Notes: generated from the letters alone by a model not told the origin. Shown: positions 51,049 through 60,762, counted from the whole stretch's first letter. The stretch: 62,024 nucleotides of DNA, filler included, from Limisphaerales bacterium (GCA_044225505.1; 3 parts of 3 records of this genome joined end to end with filler, not necessarily neighbours in it), one strand, 5' to 3'. Numbers and translations are program-made.

Positions 51049-52266
51049 ATGCATACCTCGCACCTTCGGTTCGTCAGCTGCGTTCTGGGTTTAATCCTGA
51101 TATCCACTGGGCACTTTCCTCGTCCCCAAGCCGCAGAAACATTCTCGGCGGGTTTCAAGACCACCCCCGTCACCTCGGCGCTGCAGCCATTCCTGGATGA
51201 CCATACGGTCGCGGGCGCCGTCACCTTGGTGGCGCAGCACGGCAAGATCCTCAGCATTGACGCCATGGGCCTGGCAGATCTGGAAACCAAGGAACCAATG
51301 AAAGAGGACACGCTCTTCTGGATTGCCTCCATGACCAAGCCAATCACAGCGGTGGCCATCCTCATCCTCCAAGACGAAGGCAAACTCTCGGTCGAAGATC
51401 CGGTTGAGAAATACCTTCCGGAGTTTAAAAACCAATGGCTGCTCGAAGCGCGGACGAATGAGAGCATGACTCTCAAGCGTTCCGCACGCGTCGTCAAGAT
51501 TCGAGATTTGCTAACACACACCTCCGGCCTGGGAGATTTCGGCAACGGACGCCCGGATGCGACGCTCGCCGAGTTAGTCATTGGATACTCGCAGCAGCCT
51601 TTGCAGTTCGTTCCGGGCAGTAAGTGGAGCTATAGCAACGCAGGGATCAATACGCTCGGGCGGATCGTCGAAGTCGTCGCGCGACAACCCTACGCCGCCT
51701 TCCTCGAGAGCCGGATATTCCAGCCGCTCGGAATGAAAGACACGACGTTTTGGTTGAGTTCATCCCAGCAAGCGCGTTTGGCCAAGTCGTATCGCCAGGA
51801 ATCAGGGCGCCTGCTGCCCACGGACATCTTTTTCCTCAAAGGCGATCTGACCGATCGAACGCGCACGGCACTTCCAGCGGGCGGCCTGTTTTCTACGGCA
51901 CGCGATTATTACCGGTTTTGCGAAATGATGTTGCACGGCGGGCGTTCCGACGATCGCCAGATCCTGTCGCCGGCCGCAGTCCAAGCGATGACCCAAACTC
52001 AGACGGGAGATATCCTGACCGGCTTTACCGACGGGATGAGTTTTGGATTTGGTTTTGCAGTGGTGAAACAACCAGCCGACATTACCGGGCGGCTTTCCCG
52101 CGGAACATTTGGGCATGGCGGAGCTTACGGCACGCAGGCCTGGACCGATCCAAATCGCGAGCTGGTCTTGATCCTCATGGTCCAGCGTGCGAACTTTCCG
52201 AATGCAGATCGATCGGAAGTGCGTCGCGCCTTTCAAAACGCTGCTCTTGGCATGGCCACTCCATAA
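51049..52266 (+). CDS. Serine hydrolase, beta-lactamase class C/PBP-like
   Basis: SMTK (SxxK), LLTHTSG, YSN, HGGAYGT, and a signal peptide. Confidence 0.93.
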   Translation: MHTSHLRFVSCVLGLILISTGHFPRPQAAETFSAGFKTTPVTSALQPFLDDHTVAGAVTLVAQHGKILSIDAMGLADLETKEPMKEDTLFWIASMTKPITAVAILILQDEGKLSVEDPVEKYLPEFKNQWLLEARTNESMTLKRSARVVKIRDLLTHTSGLGDFGNGRPDATLAELVIGYSQQPLQFVPGSKWSYSNAGINTLGRIVEVVARQPYAAFLESRIFQPLGMKDTTFWLSSSQQARLAKSYRQESGRLLPTDIFFLKGDLTDRTRTALPAGGLFSTARDYYRFCEMMLHGGRSDDRQILSPAAVQAMTQTQTGDILTGFTDGMSFGFGFAVVKQPADITGRLSRGTFGHGGAYGTQAWTDPNRELVLILMVQRANFPNADRSEVRRAFQNAALGMATP

Positions 52267-52325
52267 GAGCGGCGGCGGCGGGACGATTTTACAAAGGAGT
52301 TGAGGACGAATTCTGAGCAAACCTT

Positions 52326-52354
52326 TTGACGCATGCACGATGGTGTTCTAAAAG
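52326..52354 (+). promoter_or_regulatory. Candidate promoter (TTGACG-N17-TAAAAG) positioned for a leaderless bactofilin mRNA
   Basis: The -10 element ends 7 nt before ATG 52361 and there is no SD sequence. Confidence 0.4.
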
Positions 52355-52360
52355 CCATAC

Positions 52361-52807
52361 ATGCCAGAAAAAGTACTAACTACTGACCAAAATCCCGTGA
52401 CTTCTCCTAGCTCATCCAAGAATCAACTCAACGCCGACGTCGAAATCAAAGGAAGTATCAAGTTTTCCGGAGAACTTACTTTTGATGGCCGATTAGAAGG
52501 TGACGTTCAGACGGACGGTGTCTTCACTTTAGGCGAGAACGGCCACGTGACGGGGAACATTAATGCCCAAAATGTTTTGGCGAAAGGCAAACTCAACGGC
52601 ACGATCACGGCCAAAGACAAGGTCGAGGTGAAGGCTCGCAGTGAGATTTTTGGCGATATTCGTGCCGCCAAATTGGTGATTGAAGAGGGTGTGACCTTCG
52701 TCGGTAAGATCGAGGTCAACCCGAACAAAGTATCGCCAACGACGCCTGCACAACGGACGGTCGAGGGACCGAAGCCACCCGAGCTGAACAAGCCGCCTGG
52801 CCGCTAG
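52361..52807 (+). CDS. Bactofilin (polymer-forming cytoskeletal protein)
   Basis: Beta-helix repeats IKGSIKFSGELTFDGRLEGDV..GDIRAAKLVIEEGVTFVG. Confidence 0.93.
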   Translation: MPEKVLTTDQNPVTSPSSSKNQLNADVEIKGSIKFSGELTFDGRLEGDVQTDGVFTLGENGHVTGNINAQNVLAKGKLNGTITAKDKVEVKARSEIFGDIRAAKLVIEEGVTFVGKIEVNPNKVSPTTPAQRTVEGPKPPELNKPPGR

Positions 52808-52880
52808 CCAATCTTGCTGTGCCAGTCAGACCCGTTAACGCTCTGGCCAGGTCCAAGCCTGGCGGAGCGCCGTTTGCCTA

Positions 52881-53591
52881 GTGAGTAAGCAGGATAAGGC
52901 GTCCCTGACGTGCCCGAAGTGTGGGAACCAGCAAATGGTTTCGCCAGCCGCATTTTCTGCGGTCTGTAAGAAATGCGGAGAGTACCTTCGGGTCCAGGAA
53001 CTTCTCAAGCCCTCGCTCAAACCTGCTGCCCCTGCCCCGGAACGGAAGCGAATCACGTGTTTTGATTGCGCTGCGGAGATCGATGTTCCAGCGAGCGCTC
53101 AATCCACAATGTGCAAGAAGTGCAGCTGTTACATCGACTTGCACGACTACAACATCACCAGCGCCGTCTCGAAGAACTTTAAGACGAAAGGTTCGTTTGT
53201 CATTCAAGGCGGCGGCTACGTCTTCAATAGCGAAGCGACTGTTTGTGATGCGGTGATTAAAGGCCGATTCATCGGGAAACTTGCCGTTGAACGATCGCTG
53301 ACCATTTACTCGACCGCCCAAATTAAAGGCAGCTTTACGGCCGCCCGCCTGATCATACCTCCCGCTAGCCAGTTTCAGTGGAAGGGCGAGCTCAAGGTCG
53401 GATCGGCGGAGATTGAAGGCGAACTCGTCGCGACGGTCGAAGCGGTCGACTCGGTGCAGATCCACGCCAATGGCAGGCTCTTTGGCGCCGTTCGAGCCAA
53501 GAGCCTGGTCGCAGAACACGGCTCCGTGGTCGTCGTGGAGGCGCGGATTGGTCCGACACCTCCCACGGACTCCCCCCCAAAGCCTACTTGA
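52881..53591 (+). CDS. Double zinc-ribbon + bactofilin domain protein
   Basis: CPKC..CKKC and CFDC..CKKC, then bactofilin-like repeats ending GAVRAKSLVAEHGSVV. Confidence 0.85.
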   Translation: MSKQDKASLTCPKCGNQQMVSPAAFSAVCKKCGEYLRVQELLKPSLKPAAPAPERKRITCFDCAAEIDVPASAQSTMCKKCSCYIDLHDYNITSAVSKNFKTKGSFVIQGGGYVFNSEATVCDAVIKGRFIGKLAVERSLTIYSTAQIKGSFTAARLIIPPASQFQWKGELKVGSAEIEGELVATVEAVDSVQIHANGRLFGAVRAKSLVAEHGSVVVVEARIGPTPPTDSPPKPT

Positions 53592-54753
53592 GTTCGAGTT
53601 GATCTTTCGAAGGCAAGGCCGGGAACTTCTGATGGGGCTCAGTCTGATACCAAAACGCCACCGACGCGATGTCTTCCTGCAGTTGTTGATACCGACCATC
53701 CTTCATCCAACCCAACGCTTGGATGGTCACTTTAAGGTCCTTCTCAAAACGAATTGGATCGGTGATATGCCACCGATACAGGCCGAAACGTGTCTGGGAA
53801 TCATAGAGCCCATCAGGGCGAATGACCTGAGATAATCCGGTATAGGGCGTCGAAAACTCCGTATAACGCCGCTTTCCGTCCGGTCCCGCCGTGTCGAAGT
53901 TATACGACCCGCAGAAGTAGTCTTCGGTGCCAGTGCCGCAAATCGTCGGAAACTCTTTATCGCCGTCCATGAAGAACTTGATTTCGCCCTCGCCCCACCA
54001 ACCGGTGCTGTGCGTTTCCCAGGCCAGATAGGTTCCCACGTATTGTCCACGCCCCTGGACGCCGTCCAGGATAGTATAGAGACCTTTGGTTTTGAGAGGG
54101 TCTTCCCGACGGAATTGCGCATGGAAATAAGCCGCATCCTCTGGAACCTGCGTCAGGGTATAATCAATCTGGTAATAGACCGTCATCTGAGCATCGTCGA
54201 TATTCTCAATGGTCACCTTGGCCTTTTTGCGAAAGGGCATCGGCCAATAGCAATTGAATGCGCTGCCCGGGTTCACGCAGACCGCTAACGAATTGATCTG
54301 AGAATAGCGTGCCCAACCACACGCGAAAAAGTCGCCCAACGGACATTCCACCGACGGCTCGGTTTCGTCGTCCCAATAGAAACGAAGAATCAGCCAACGC
54401 GTCTTGTCCAGCGGTGCTGGAGTCAGCCAGATATGTTGGATCGCGCCGGGTCCTTCCATCTCTGCCAGAGTGAATGTGCTTTTTCCTTTAACGTGCACGT
54501 AGGGCGATACTTTCCACCCCTGCCCCAAGTCCCGCGCTGCACCCTTCGCCGGACCGTCGGTCGACATTCCGGCCTTCCCTTTTTCACCGGTAAAGTTTTC
54601 GGGACTGATCGACCGCGTTTTCGCGTCCGACATGCGAAATAGATTTCCCATGTTAACGCCGATACCGTTGAACCCAGTTTGGGCTGCTGCCAGATCGAAT
54701 CCGGCCAAGAGCGTTGGTGTGAGCAAAGCGATAAATCGCCAGGAGTTTTTCAT
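53584..54753 (-). CDS. DUF2961/GH172-family glycoside hydrolase
   Basis: TRSISPENFTGEKG, GPGAIQHIW, FNCYWPMPF, WWGEGEIKFFMDGD, GTGTEDYF, and a signal peptide. Confidence 0.92.
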   Translation of the reverse strand: MKNSWRFIALLTPTLLAGFDLAAAQTGFNGIGVNMGNLFRMSDAKTRSISPENFTGEKGKAGMSTDGPAKGAARDLGQGWKVSPYVHVKGKSTFTLAEMEGPGAIQHIWLTPAPLDKTRWLILRFYWDDETEPSVECPLGDFFACGWARYSQINSLAVCVNPGSAFNCYWPMPFRKKAKVTIENIDDAQMTVYYQIDYTLTQVPEDAAYFHAQFRREDPLKTKGLYTILDGVQGRGQYVGTYLAWETHSTGWWGEGEIKFFMDGDKEFPTICGTGTEDYFCGSYNFDTAGPDGKRRYTEFSTPYTGLSQVIRPDGLYDSQTRFGLYRWHITDPIRFEKDLKVTIQALGWMKDGRYQQLQEDIASVAFWYQTEPHQKFPALPSKDQLELK

Positions 54754-55624
54754 AGTGTTCAGCCTTGGAGTAACACGCTCGCCCGCGCGGAACAAGTGCT
54801 AAGAGATGTTCGAGCCACAGCGCTATGCGCGGAACTCAAAACGACCCGGTTTAAGCCCTGGAAACGCGATACCACTCATCGCCTTGCGGCCCAAAAACCA
54901 ACATCCGCAGAGAGAGGCTTTTGCAAGCAAACGCGCAATGAATGGCCTTCTTCGAAGATGGGTTCTCCGGGGCCACAAACCCCTTGCGTGTCAGCATTAT
55001 CGAATATGCCGCGAGAGCGTAAGTCCGCTCAAGGCGGCTTTGGCGAACGCCGAACGCCCCCGCTCGTCCAAGAAATCGCTCTCGCAATTCCGTCGGATGG
55101 ATCGCGGGAGTGGGTATTGACGCTGTGCCAGGGCTGAGGCAGGCTCGAGCCTGTGACAGGGAAGTCTAGGGTATGAAGAATCACCAAACGGTTCGGGCCG
55201 CGCGTATCCATGGGCGATAACGATAACATCGCTTCTAACGGAGAATCCAACATCCCTCACACCGTGGACCGCCAACTCGCTGTCGAGGGTATGTCAGTCG
55301 CCGCGCTGGGCGATGTTAAGGCGGCAATCCAACGGTGCGCCATGAAGAGATTCAGCGCGCTGGTCAAGGAACGGCACACCAGAGTTCCCAGCCAGCAAAT
55401 CGATCGTCTCAGTCGAGCAACCCGTTCATCCGCTTGCGATTCAAACACGAGGTGTTGCGGAGGAGAACCGCCAACTCGGCCGTGTGCTTGTGCAGAAGCT
55501 CAACCAAAGCGCTGGTCGGGTGACGGTTCTCCTCCGGCCTCGTGCCTTCACAACAGACGGCTGTACAGGCCGAGGCCAGACTGAGCGACTGCCTGGAGAT
55601 TGACCTGGGATTCGTTCTTGGGCT

Positions 55625-57163
55625 GTGCTCCATTGGCCGGGTATGGCCGAGTTCCGATTTAAGCCCCACCGCCGCCCGCGAAGGCTGCTAGACTTCGGAC
55701 TGGCAGCTTTCATTGAGCCGCAGTCCAAACCATCCCTGAGGCATGATTGCTCCATCCTTTCGCAAGACGAGCGCCCGATTTGGAATGGTCTGTGGGCAAG
55801 TCTCGGGCTTACCGTCCTCGTTTTCACGGCTTCAATCGCTTCGGCTCTGGAGCCCTGCCGCGTGGAAGTGGTGGAACGAGGCAGCGGCTGGCCAGTCCCA
55901 CTGGTCGAATTGCGAACCACCCATCTTCTACGATTTGTCACAGATAATGGAGGGTTAATCGCCATTGATCAACCGGACCTGATGGGCCGCGAGATTTGGT
56001 TCGACGTCCTGGGGCATGGATATGAAGTGCCGCGAGATGGCCTCGGACAACGCGGTGTCCGTTTGACGCCCGAGCCCGGAAGATCGCTGCGAGTGGAGGT
56101 GGCGCGAACCATCATCGCGAAGCGGCTCGGACGAATTACGGGTGCGGGACTCTTCGCTGAGAGTCAAAAGCTCGAGCTCGACCGGGACTGGGCTGAAACG
56201 GGCATTTTCGGATGCGACAGCGTTCAAAACGCCATTTACCACGGGCGACTCTTCTGGGCGTGGGGCGACACAACGCTCCCATTCTATCCGTTAGGCATTT
56301 TCCACATGAGCAGCGCCACCACGGACCCCCAACCGCTCCGTTCGTTCCAACCGCCGCTCCACCTTTCCTTCGATTACTTCCGGGACGCTCAGGGAAAACC
56401 AAAAGGCGTCGCCAAAATGCCTGGAGACGGCCCGACGTGGGTGAGCGGGGTTGTGACTCTGCCCGATCAATCCGGCTCGCAACGTTTAGTCGGCACCTAT
56501 CTCAAAATCAAGCCACCCATGGAAAGCTACGAAAGTGGCCTCTGTGTCTGGAACGATGGAACCATGCAGTTTGACCAAGTGAAAGTCTTATGGACTAAGA
56601 CAGACGTTGCTCCAAATCCTCCGCCAAGTCCCCAGGGCCATCCCTTGTTATGGAAGGATGAACATGGAGCGAAATGGGTGTTGTTTGGCAACCCTCTGCC
56701 CAAACTCCGCTGTCGCGCCACTTTCGAGTCATGGCAAGACCCGGCCTCATGGCAGCCAGTGCTATCCCCAGATGCTTTAACCTCTGCGACCGACGGTACG
56801 CCCGTCCAACTGCATTCCGGATCGTTAGCGTGGAACGAATTCCGGCGGCGCTTTGTGACGGTCTTTATGCAGACCTTCGGAACCCCTTCCCCATTCGGCG
56901 AACTCTGGTACGCGGAATCAGCGACACCTTTTGGCCCGTGGGGCAAAGCGGTCAAAGTCCTGAGTCACGACAATTATACGTTTTACAATCCCCGCCTGCA
57001 CCCTGAGTTCACTCCGGCGTCGTCGCCGATTCTGCTCTTCGAAGGAACGTTCACAATGGCGTTTGTCAATCAACCGCGGCCCACGCCGCGCTATGACTAC
57101 AATCAGATCCTGTATCGGCTTGATTTGAACGATCCTGCGTTAGCTGCGGCTCAGGGACCATGA
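55625..57163 (+). CDS. Secreted hypothetical protein (probable beta-propeller)
   Basis: Long ORF with a signal-like segment (LGLTVLVFTASIASA), plus LFWAWGDT and YTFYNP..HPE. The true start is probably later than 55625. Confidence 0.8.
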   Translation: MLHWPGMAEFRFKPHRRPRRLLDFGLAAFIEPQSKPSLRHDCSILSQDERPIWNGLWASLGLTVLVFTASIASALEPCRVEVVERGSGWPVPLVELRTTHLLRFVTDNGGLIAIDQPDLMGREIWFDVLGHGYEVPRDGLGQRGVRLTPEPGRSLRVEVARTIIAKRLGRITGAGLFAESQKLELDRDWAETGIFGCDSVQNAIYHGRLFWAWGDTTLPFYPLGIFHMSSATTDPQPLRSFQPPLHLSFDYFRDAQGKPKGVAKMPGDGPTWVSGVVTLPDQSGSQRLVGTYLKIKPPMESYESGLCVWNDGTMQFDQVKVLWTKTDVAPNPPPSPQGHPLLWKDEHGAKWVLFGNPLPKLRCRATFESWQDPASWQPVLSPDALTSATDGTPVQLHSGSLAWNEFRRRFVTVFMQTFGTPSPFGELWYAESATPFGPWGKAVKVLSHDNYTFYNPRLHPEFTPASSPILLFEGTFTMAFVNQPRPTPRYDYNQILYRLDLNDPALAAAQGP

Positions 57164-57526
57164 GCCAAGCCATATTTTGACGCAGCGATGGGAGCGAGGG
57201 CGATCGAAAGCACTCGTTGAATGCTGTTCAAATCGTGGCCGTGCTCAGGTGTCGTTCCTTCGACGCCGCGCTCTGCCCCCCAGGGTAAGAATGCCTGCGG
57301 ACGCCAGCTTGACTCTTGACAAAGGCAATCGAAGCTAGCATGGTTCGCACGTGCGGACGCCAGACCGAACCAACTTATCCCAAGATCAGCGCGAGGCTGG
57401 TCTTGATTTGGGATACGTATCGGCTGGAATTCATTTCATTACGGTAGCATCGAGCCTGCGCATTACGAAGGCCCTGTGGCCTGACGGCGAGCAGCGCGCG
57501 AGAAACTAGTCCGAAACAGATTCTCC

Positions 57527-57564
57527 AAGCCCTGCTCCCGAAAGGTAGCAGGGCTTTTGCTTTT
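57527..57564 (+). terminator. Leader terminator (attenuator candidate) directly before the MFS start codon
   Basis: Stem AAGCCCTGCT/AGCAGGGCTT capped by CC-GAAA-GG, then TTGCTTTT abutting ATG 57565. Confidence 0.75.
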
Positions 57565-58836
57565 ATGAACCCGATCATGAGCCCATCCACCGCCCGGTCA
57601 ATGACCGGAACGCGCACGCCTGGACCAGAATTCGCGCTTGGAATTCTCTTTGCCCTGAGCACATCGCATCTATTGAACGACTCGATCCAGGCGCTAATTC
57701 CCGCACTCTACCCGCTCATTAAGACTTCCTTCGGGTTGACCTTCAGTCAGATCGGGCTGATCACGCTCACGTTTCAAGGTACGGGGTCTCTCTTTCAGCC
57801 TCTCATCGGCCTTTACACCGATCGCCAGCCCAAACCTTATTCGCTTGCGACCGGTATGAGCATCACCCTCTGCGGCTTAGTCCTCCTTGCCCTTGCGACC
57901 GGGTATTCAGCGGTTTTGGCCGCTGCCGGGTTAATCGGGCTAGGCTCGGCCGTATTCCATCCGGAATCCTCGCGCATGGCCCGATTAGCATCAGGCGGAA
58001 GACATGGTTTCGCTCAGTCTTTGTTTCAGGTCGGCGGCAATGCCGGCACCGCGATCGGTCCGCTCCTGGCCGCTTGGGTGGTTGTTCCGCGAGGCCAACG
58101 TTACATCCTCGTTTTCACGGTGCTGGCACTTGGCGGCATCTTTATCTTATCGCGCGTCGGACGTTGGTATTCCGAGATTCTGAGCCACCGCCTATTGAAA
58201 AAGCGCGGCGACGACCTGCCGCACGCGACGTTCCGACCGCGCACGGTTGCCCTATCCATGTTCGTCCTGCTCGCGCTGATGTTTTCGAAGTTTTTTTATC
58301 AGGCAGCTATGACGAACTACTACACATTTTACCTCATGGAGAAGTTCGGCCTGTCCGTGCAGGCCTCTCAGTACTGCCTCTTTGTCTTTCTCGGAGCGGT
58401 GGCAGTGGGGACGATTGTCGGAGGAGTGGTCGGAGATCGGATCGGACGCAAGAAGGTGATCTGGATCTCAATCCTTGGCGTATCGCCATTTACGATCCTG
58501 TTGCCCTACGCGAACTTGTTCTGGTCGGCGGTAATGTCCGTCGCGATCGGTTTCATCCTGGCGTCCGCGTTTCCAGCGATCTTGGTGTACGCAACCGAGC
58601 TGATGCCGGGCAAAGTTGGATTGGTTGCCGGCATGTTTTTCGGGTTGGCATTTGGTTTGGCGGGAATCGGCTCCGCCGTTTTGGGGAAACTCGCGGACGC
58701 GACAAGCCTGACTTTCGTGATGTCGGCCTGTTCGTACCTGCCCTTGCTCGGGCTCCTCACGATCTTCTTGCCCAACCTCGCCCACGCGGCCGTGCCAGCA
58801 TCGAACCCTGGACAGCACGATCCAACCAAGGATTGA
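57565..58836 (+). CDS. fsr: Fsr-like (fosmidomycin resistance family) MFS transporter
   Basis: SHLLNDSIQ, GSAVFHPESSR, AQSLFQVGGNAG, GDRIGRKKVIWISILG, ASAFPAILVYA. Confidence 0.9.
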   Translation: MNPIMSPSTARSMTGTRTPGPEFALGILFALSTSHLLNDSIQALIPALYPLIKTSFGLTFSQIGLITLTFQGTGSLFQPLIGLYTDRQPKPYSLATGMSITLCGLVLLALATGYSAVLAAAGLIGLGSAVFHPESSRMARLASGGRHGFAQSLFQVGGNAGTAIGPLLAAWVVVPRGQRYILVFTVLALGGIFILSRVGRWYSEILSHRLLKKRGDDLPHATFRPRTVALSMFVLLALMFSKFFYQAAMTNYYTFYLMEKFGLSVQASQYCLFVFLGAVAVGTIVGGVVGDRIGRKKVIWISILGVSPFTILLPYANLFWSAVMSVAIGFILASAFPAILVYATELMPGKVGLVAGMFFGLAFGLAGIGSAVLGKLADATSLTFVMSACSYLPLLGLLTIFLPNLAHAAVPASNPGQHDPTKD

Positions 58837-58862
58837 CAAAATCTCCGGTCAAAGCGACGGCC

Positions 58863-58962
58863 NNNNNNNNNNNNNNNNNNNNNNNNNNNNNNNNNNNNNN
58901 NNNNNNTTAATTAATTAANNNNNNNNNNNNNNNNNNNNNNNNNNNNNNNNNNNNNNNNNNNN
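58863..58962. other. Artificial contig linker (N44-TTAATTAATTAA-N44)
   Basis: Identical to the linker at 29460-29559. Confidence 0.98.
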
Positions 58963-59173
58963 GCGCGCTGTGGTTGCCTTTGCCCAAGCGCACGACTTGT
59001 TGTGGGTCTCAGACACTTTCGGTCGGCCAGTTCATCCCGAGTTCCAAAGCGTAATCAGAGACATCCAGGTCTCAGACGCCTATCGGTTCTGCAACGACCC
59101 TCGTGCCTATTTTAAGGCGTTGCCGAAAGAAGCCAAAATCAGCGAACCAGCGGCTGGAGGGAACGCCGAATGA
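58963..59173 (+). CDS. Partial cassette ORF (3' end), hypothetical
   Basis: Open from near the contig edge, with its stop codon inside attC1. Confidence 0.55.
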
Positions 59174-59231
59174 GCGCTCCTGTTCCAATCGGTTGCCACT
59201 GGCTCGGCGGCCCTCGGCCTAACCGTTAGAC
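59141..59231 (+). mobile_element. attC site 1
   Basis: R'' AGCGAAC-N5-L'' GCTGGAGG...CCTCGGC-N6-R' GTTAGAC, with inner stem CGCCGA/TCGGCG. Confidence 0.8.
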
Positions 59232-59240
59232 TTGGAAGCG

Positions 59241-59558
59241 ATGCGCCCTTGCTACAAACTTGCTGGCGTGATCGGGACAGCCGTTCTGGCATACCTTGCC
59301 TGGCGCTGGGTTTTGTCACCACTGATTACCCTGCCAGGTGGTTTGGGGACAGCAGGAGAGAAACCGGACGAGTTCATCGCGAGATGTTGGCCACTGCGCC
59401 TTATTCGTGGCAGCGGAATCAGAGACCAAAGCGGCTTCGCCAGCTGGTGTGTCATGGAGGTCATGGCGCGGCTTCGTATCGTTCTCCTATTCGGGGCGGC
59501 CGTAGTCTCGGTGCTTCTTTGGAGGGCGTTCCGTGAGCCGCAAAAAAGCAAAGTCTAA
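59241..59558 (+). CDS. Cassette-borne 2-TM hypothetical protein
   Basis: ATG lies 10 nt after R' and the TAA stop is part of R'' GTCTAAC. Confidence 0.75.
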   Translation: MRPCYKLAGVIGTAVLAYLAWRWVLSPLITLPGGLGTAGEKPDEFIARCWPLRLIRGSGIRDQSGFASWCVMEVMARLRIVLLFGAAVVSVLLWRAFREPQKSKV

Positions 59559-59678
59559 CGAATCAGCGAAACGAACAGCCGCTAGTCTTCTTGCTTTTAT
59601 GACTTCTTGGGATATTGGTCTCCATGGCAGCGGCGAAGCCGTTCGGACGGCGGCTGTCGTTTGCTTTCGTCGTTGGGC
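59553..59678 (+). mobile_element. attC site 2
   Basis: R'' GTCTAAC-N5-AGCGAAACGAACAGCCGC...GCGGCTGTCGTTTGCT-N6-R' GTTGGGC, with the expected unpaired bases. Confidence 0.88.
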
Positions 59679-59841
59679 GAAACCCGTATGCCGACGCGCT
59701 TCGCATTTGCCATCCTGACGGGCGTCGGCTTGATTAGCACCATGGGACAGCAGGCGACGGTCACAATTGGCAGCGCCCGCATCTCTGTTCCGAGTCATTG
59801 GCGCGAGTTGACGAGGCAAGAAGATCNNNNNNNNNNNNNNT

Positions 59842-60762
59842 ATGCCGACGCGCTTCGCATTTGCCATCCTGACGGGCGTCGGCTTGATTAGCACCATGGG
59901 ACAGCAGGCGACGGTCACAATTGGCAGCGCCCGCATCTCTGTTCCGAGTCATTGGCGCGAGTTGACGAGGCAAGAAGATCGAATCACGTTCAGCTCCACG
60001 AACGGGCACCAGCAGGCAATAATTTCGCTGATACGCCTCAGCCAGGATGCCTCGTTTGAGGATTTTAGGAAGCTCTGTGAAAGTCGTCTCACGGCTGAGA
60101 AGCTTGAGCTGAGTGATGGATTCGTCCAGGAGCACGATCCGTCAAATGACAACGGCAAGTTTGCACTGTCTTTTTCAGGGGAAGACAACAAGACCGGAAG
60201 GCTTTTTTCAGGGTATCTGACGCTTCGAAATCAGGAGTTCCTTGCACTCTATGTGGAGGGAACCACCGCTACGCGAAAGGAGCACTCGAAGGTCTTCTGG
60301 CAGTTTGCAAGATGCTTCAATCCAGGGTTGGAGGATCTCAAGGTTCCCCTCTGGCAGGCATGCACTCAGACCGGGCGCACCAACATTTGGCGGCTCTCTG
60401 AAAACCAATTGGAAACGTTGCCACGCTGGAGGCCCGGTCAGGGCGAGCCCCCCGTTGGGCTTGGGACCGCCATCACTGCCGCTAAGGCTTGGGCGATTTC
60501 CTGCGGAGTTTCGACCAATTTGTATGTGGAAGAAATCTTGGTCAAGTCACTCAATCCATGCTGTCCGGAGAACGACGAGTTGTATTCGATCCAGTTCTAT
60601 CGGATAGTCTTTGGCGGAATCGGCCTCTATGGCCATCGGATGTCTGCCATCGTTCTAATGGACGGCGCTGTCGTGCAACCGGAGCAGCCGGGCTACTCGG
60701 GCCCGATGAGGTCGTTTGATTACGACGAGGTGCCATGCCCAACAAGTCGAGGCAACGAATGA
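59842..60762 (+). CDS. Cassette-borne secreted two-domain hypothetical protein (true start at 59688 once the gap duplication is collapsed)
   Basis: Signal-like N-terminus and a stop inside attC3. The first 140 nt are duplicated across the N-gap. Confidence 0.8.
   Translation: MPTRFAFAILTGVGLISTMGQQATVTIGSARISVPSHWRELTRQEDRITFSSTNGHQQAIISLIRLSQDASFEDFRKLCESRLTAEKLELSDGFVQEHDPSNDNGKFALSFSGEDNKTGRLFSGYLTLRNQEFLALYVEGTTATRKEHSKVFWQFARCFNPGLEDLKVPLWQACTQTGRTNIWRLSENQLETLPRWRPGQGEPPVGLGTAITAAKAWAISCGVSTNLYVEEILVKSLNPCCPENDELYSIQFYRIVFGGIGLYGHRMSAIVLMDGAVVQPEQPGYSGPMRSFDYDEVPCPTSRGNE

Noticed and set aside
54800..55620. Short ORFs or a structured RNA in the divergent gap between GH172 and the hypothetical gene
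   Set aside because: No recognisable protein motif, RBS or convincing stem pattern by eye.
59687..59980. Perfect 140-bp direct repeat (59687-59826 and 59841-59980)
   Set aside because: The copies directly flank a 14-N scaffold gap, the classic signature of unmerged overlapping contig ends.
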